Below are positions 61,571-64,000 of a stretch of 64,000 nt of DNA, piece by piece. The notes below the pieces were generated by a model. It searched no databases. It was not told the DNA's origin and worked only from the letters and a program-made list of their open reading frames with translations. This DNA comes from an uncultured cyanobacterium (GTDB taxonomy: Bacteria; Cyanobacteriota; Cyanobacteriia; Cyanobacteriales; Nostocaceae), in contig CAVUDP010000001.1 in NCBI GenBank assembly GCA_963740315.1, positions 1,376,001-1,440,000 on the forward strand, in the 5' to 3' direction. Made by a program: the position numbers and the translations under genes. How positions within the stretch are numbered: position 1 is the first letter of the stretch; every line of letters begins with the position of its first letter.

Positions 61571-61987
61571 TATTTGATAGATACTCTTGTGGGATGGGCA
61601 TCCCTGCCCGTCCTTTTTGCTTGATCTTTTGATAGATAGTTGCGTTGTTCTCGCAATTATGGAGACGTAGCAGTGCTACGTCTCTACATCGTTAACCATT
61701 TAATGGTAAAAAAATAAAATATCTATTACAAAACTTATAATTAACTTAAATTTGAATCAAAATAATCCGTTTTAATTATCAAATTAATATCGTTTAGATC
61801 GAGATAAAATTTGAAAATTTAAACCTTTATTCATATCAAAAAACTTATACAACTGTCAATATATCTATAATTGCAAAACCTTGCTATATATGCATCTCAA
61901 TGATATAGCGATTTACCTATTAACACAAAATTTATCTTTTAATTAAAATTCCGAAAAAAAAGTCAAATACACCTTCAATTACAATTA

Positions 61988-62039
61988 TTTAATCTAATAT
62001 TTACAGTCAATTAACACAATCTTAAACTTAGATTCATAC
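61988..62039 (+). promoter_or_regulatory. Probable Pho box (SphR site)
   Basis: TTTAATCT, ATTTACAG, ATTAACAC, CTTAAACT, ATTCATAC at exact 11-bp spacing from 61988. Confidence 0.5.
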
Positions 62040-62115
62040 CCTTAAATTGGTGATGCTAATTAACTGTATTCCCACCTAATAATCTAGAAAAAATATACAT
62101 AGGAATTTAACTGCA

Positions 62116-64000
62116 ATGGCTAAGAACGTCATTATAATGATTGGCGACGGTATGGGCTGGGACATAGCTCGTGCTGCGGCAATTCAAAAACAAATTACTC
62201 AAGGTAAAACTGGTGCCACTCTTACCGATTTTTATACAGAGGGTAAGGGTACGGGTTTAAGCTTCCAGACATTAGATAAATATGCGATCGCAACAACTAG
62301 TGGAACCTACATCGATGGAGATAAAGATAATTCTGCACTAAAAGGCGATCCTCTCGATCGTGAAACTGGTGTCGCAGTTGTTCGTGAAGGGTTTGAATCA
62401 GAAAATCTGCCTGGTGAGGATAGCAATGGGGAATTCGATCCTGCCCAAGTAATCGGTTTCTTTCCCGAACTACGTGAAGGTAGTATTGCGCCCATTTTAG
62501 GTGAATTTGACCCTAACTTCGATGAAAGACCTCTATTTGCAGAAAACGAAGATGGGGAAATTGTCCAAGTCGGTGGATTCCTTAATGCCTACGACACTAC
62601 TAAAGGTCGCGATCTACCTTGGTTGAAAGATGAAGATCCCGACTACCCTAAAAATCTCTTCCCCGACTCTGCAAATACTGCAACTACTCTATATTCTGGA
62701 GTCAAAAGTTACTCCGGTGCGATCGGTGTTGATATTTATGAAGAAGATATTCAAACCCTTGGTGAAAAAGCTAGGGAACTAGGTAAATCTTTTGGTGTTG
62801 TTAGTTCCGTTCCTTTCAACCACGCTACTCCAGCTTCTGCGATCGGACACGTCAGTCAGCGCGATAAGTATACCGAAACTTCCAGAGTTGAAAACTTTGA
62901 AGTCGTTTTGGATGAAAATGGTGTACCGCTCCATGAAGAACATGGCGATGGTAGCCACGAAGGTGAACCTGTATTTGAATTAGATGCAGATGGCAACCCC
63001 ATTCCTATCGAAGACGACAACATCCTCTTCCAAATCCTTAATGAAACTCAGCCTGAATTAGTTCTGGCTGGAGGACACCCGGATGGACGTGGTGACGAGC
63101 GTTACATGGATTTGGAAACTTTAGAAAAACTTCGTAATGGTGAAACTGTTTACACCTTCACCGAACGTGGTGAGAATGCTGCGGAGACTTTAGCAGAAGT
63201 TGCGTCAGAAATTGATGTTGAAGAAGGGGAGAAATTATTTGGTCTTTACGGTTCTAGAGGGCAAGGTGGAAACCTTCCTTGGAGTACAGCCGATGGTGAC
63301 TATAGCAACGCTGGTTTAAACAGTCGTTTGGATGCGGTACGTCCTTTAGAAGAAGGAGAAACCGAAGAACAATTTATTGCTTCCGAGCGCGATGCGAATC
63401 CAACTTTAGCTCAATTGACTAGTGCAGCTTTAGATGTTCTCGGAGACGACGAAGATGGTTTCTGGGTATCTATCGAAGGTGGTGATATTGACTGGGCTGC
63501 TCACGACAACAATCTAGACAATATGATTGGTGCTACTTTGAATTTTGCCGATTCAGTAGAAGTTGTTCAGGATTGGATTGCCGAAAATGGTGGTTACGAA
63601 GAAAATTTACTTATAGTCACAGCCGATCACGATCATTATTTCACTCTTAACGAAGACTTCCCCGAACTGCTTCGCGAGTATGGTGCAGAAGCTCTCACCA
63701 CCTCAGTTGACGAAAATGGTAACGTTTTAGCTACTGAAGTTGATAACAATGGTGTAGCTTTAGAAGAACCACAAAAAGTTGATAACCTCGATCCAGATGC
63801 ATCCGGACATTATTGGGGTAGCGATCCAGATGTTAAAGTAGGTTGGTCGCACCATACTACAATTCCCGTTCCCGTGTATTATCAAGGTGCGGGCAGCGAA
63901 TTTCTGGATAACTCTGTTGGTGAAGGTTTCGAGCAGTATGGCTTTGAAGTACCAGGAGTTGAAGGTTTAATCGATCAGGTTCACATCGCACAAGCTCAAT
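62116..64000 (+). CDS. phoA: Alkaline phosphatase (PhoA family), 3'-partial; not in the ORF track
   Basis: Translated by hand: MAKNVIIMIGDGMG, PDSANTAT (catalytic Ser), HATPAS, EGGDIDWAAHDN, TADHDH, HHT. No stop before the window end. Confidence 0.93.
   Translation, partial: MAKNVIIMIGDGMGWDIARAAAIQKQITQGKTGATLTDFYTEGKGTGLSFQTLDKYAIATTSGTYIDGDKDNSALKGDPLDRETGVAVVREGFESENLPGEDSNGEFDPAQVIGFFPELREGSIAPILGEFDPNFDERPLFAENEDGEIVQVGGFLNAYDTTKGRDLPWLKDEDPDYPKNLFPDSANTATTLYSGVKSYSGAIGVDIYEEDIQTLGEKARELGKSFGVVSSVPFNHATPASAIGHVSQRDKYTETSRVENFEVVLDENGVPLHEEHGDGSHEGEPVFELDADGNPIPIEDDNILFQILNETQPELVLAGGHPDGRGDERYMDLETLEKLRNGETVYTFTERGENAAETLAEVASEIDVEEGEKLFGLYGSRGQGGNLPWSTADGDYSNAGLNSRLDAVRPLEEGETEEQFIASERDANPTLAQLTSAALDVLGDDEDGFWVSIEGGDIDWAAHDNNLDNMIGATLNFADSVEVVQDWIAENGGYEENLLIVTADHDHYFTLNEDFPELLREYGAEALTTSVDENGNVLATEVDNNGVALEEPQKVDNLDPDASGHYWGSDPDVKVGWSHHTTIPVPVYYQGAGSEFLDNSVGEGFEQYGFEVPGVEGLIDQVHIAQAQ

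Noticed and set aside
13887..63000. Many short antisense or off-frame ORFs inside long genes
   Set aside because: Shadows of the codon bias of well-supported genes, with no independent motifs.

Overview
AT-rich chromosomal window from a filamentous cyanobacterium. The evidence is psbA, many HIP1 GCGATCGC sites and heptamer STRR tracts; Nostocales, possibly Rivulariaceae, is my inference. It has four zones. (1) 1-19.9 kb: the tail of a small enzyme operon, psbA, HIT, a desaturase, comM/yifB, smc, and accessory genes (orphan antitoxins, nuclease-fold proteins) set among REP-like repeats, plus an intact IS5 element. (2) 20.4-34.4 kb: a minus-strand Wzx/Wzy/Wzc exopolysaccharide cluster whose polymerase carries a 1-nt frameshift. 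(3) 35.8-64 kb: the most interesting part, an approximately 28-kb, mostly co-oriented island of large, acidic, modular hydrolases without signal peptides. It encodes an extracellular nuclease + choice-of-anchor-I + 5'-nucleotidase polyprotein split by one extra base, a phytase-like propeller, a V8-type protease, a glycerophosphodiesterase, an RTX-tailed nucleoside hydrolase, and a PhoA alkaline phosphatase missing from the ORF track. These genes share near-identical C-terminal tags, carry different domains at one insertion site, and several have Pho-box-like 11-bp-periodic motifs upstream, suggesting a secreted pipeline for scavenging nucleic acids and organic phosphorus. (4) Island intergenic DNA holds a decayed tandem duplication, a candidate structured ncRNA, a flipped terminator and MITEs, one nested inside another. 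No rRNA, tRNA or CRISPR array was recognised.
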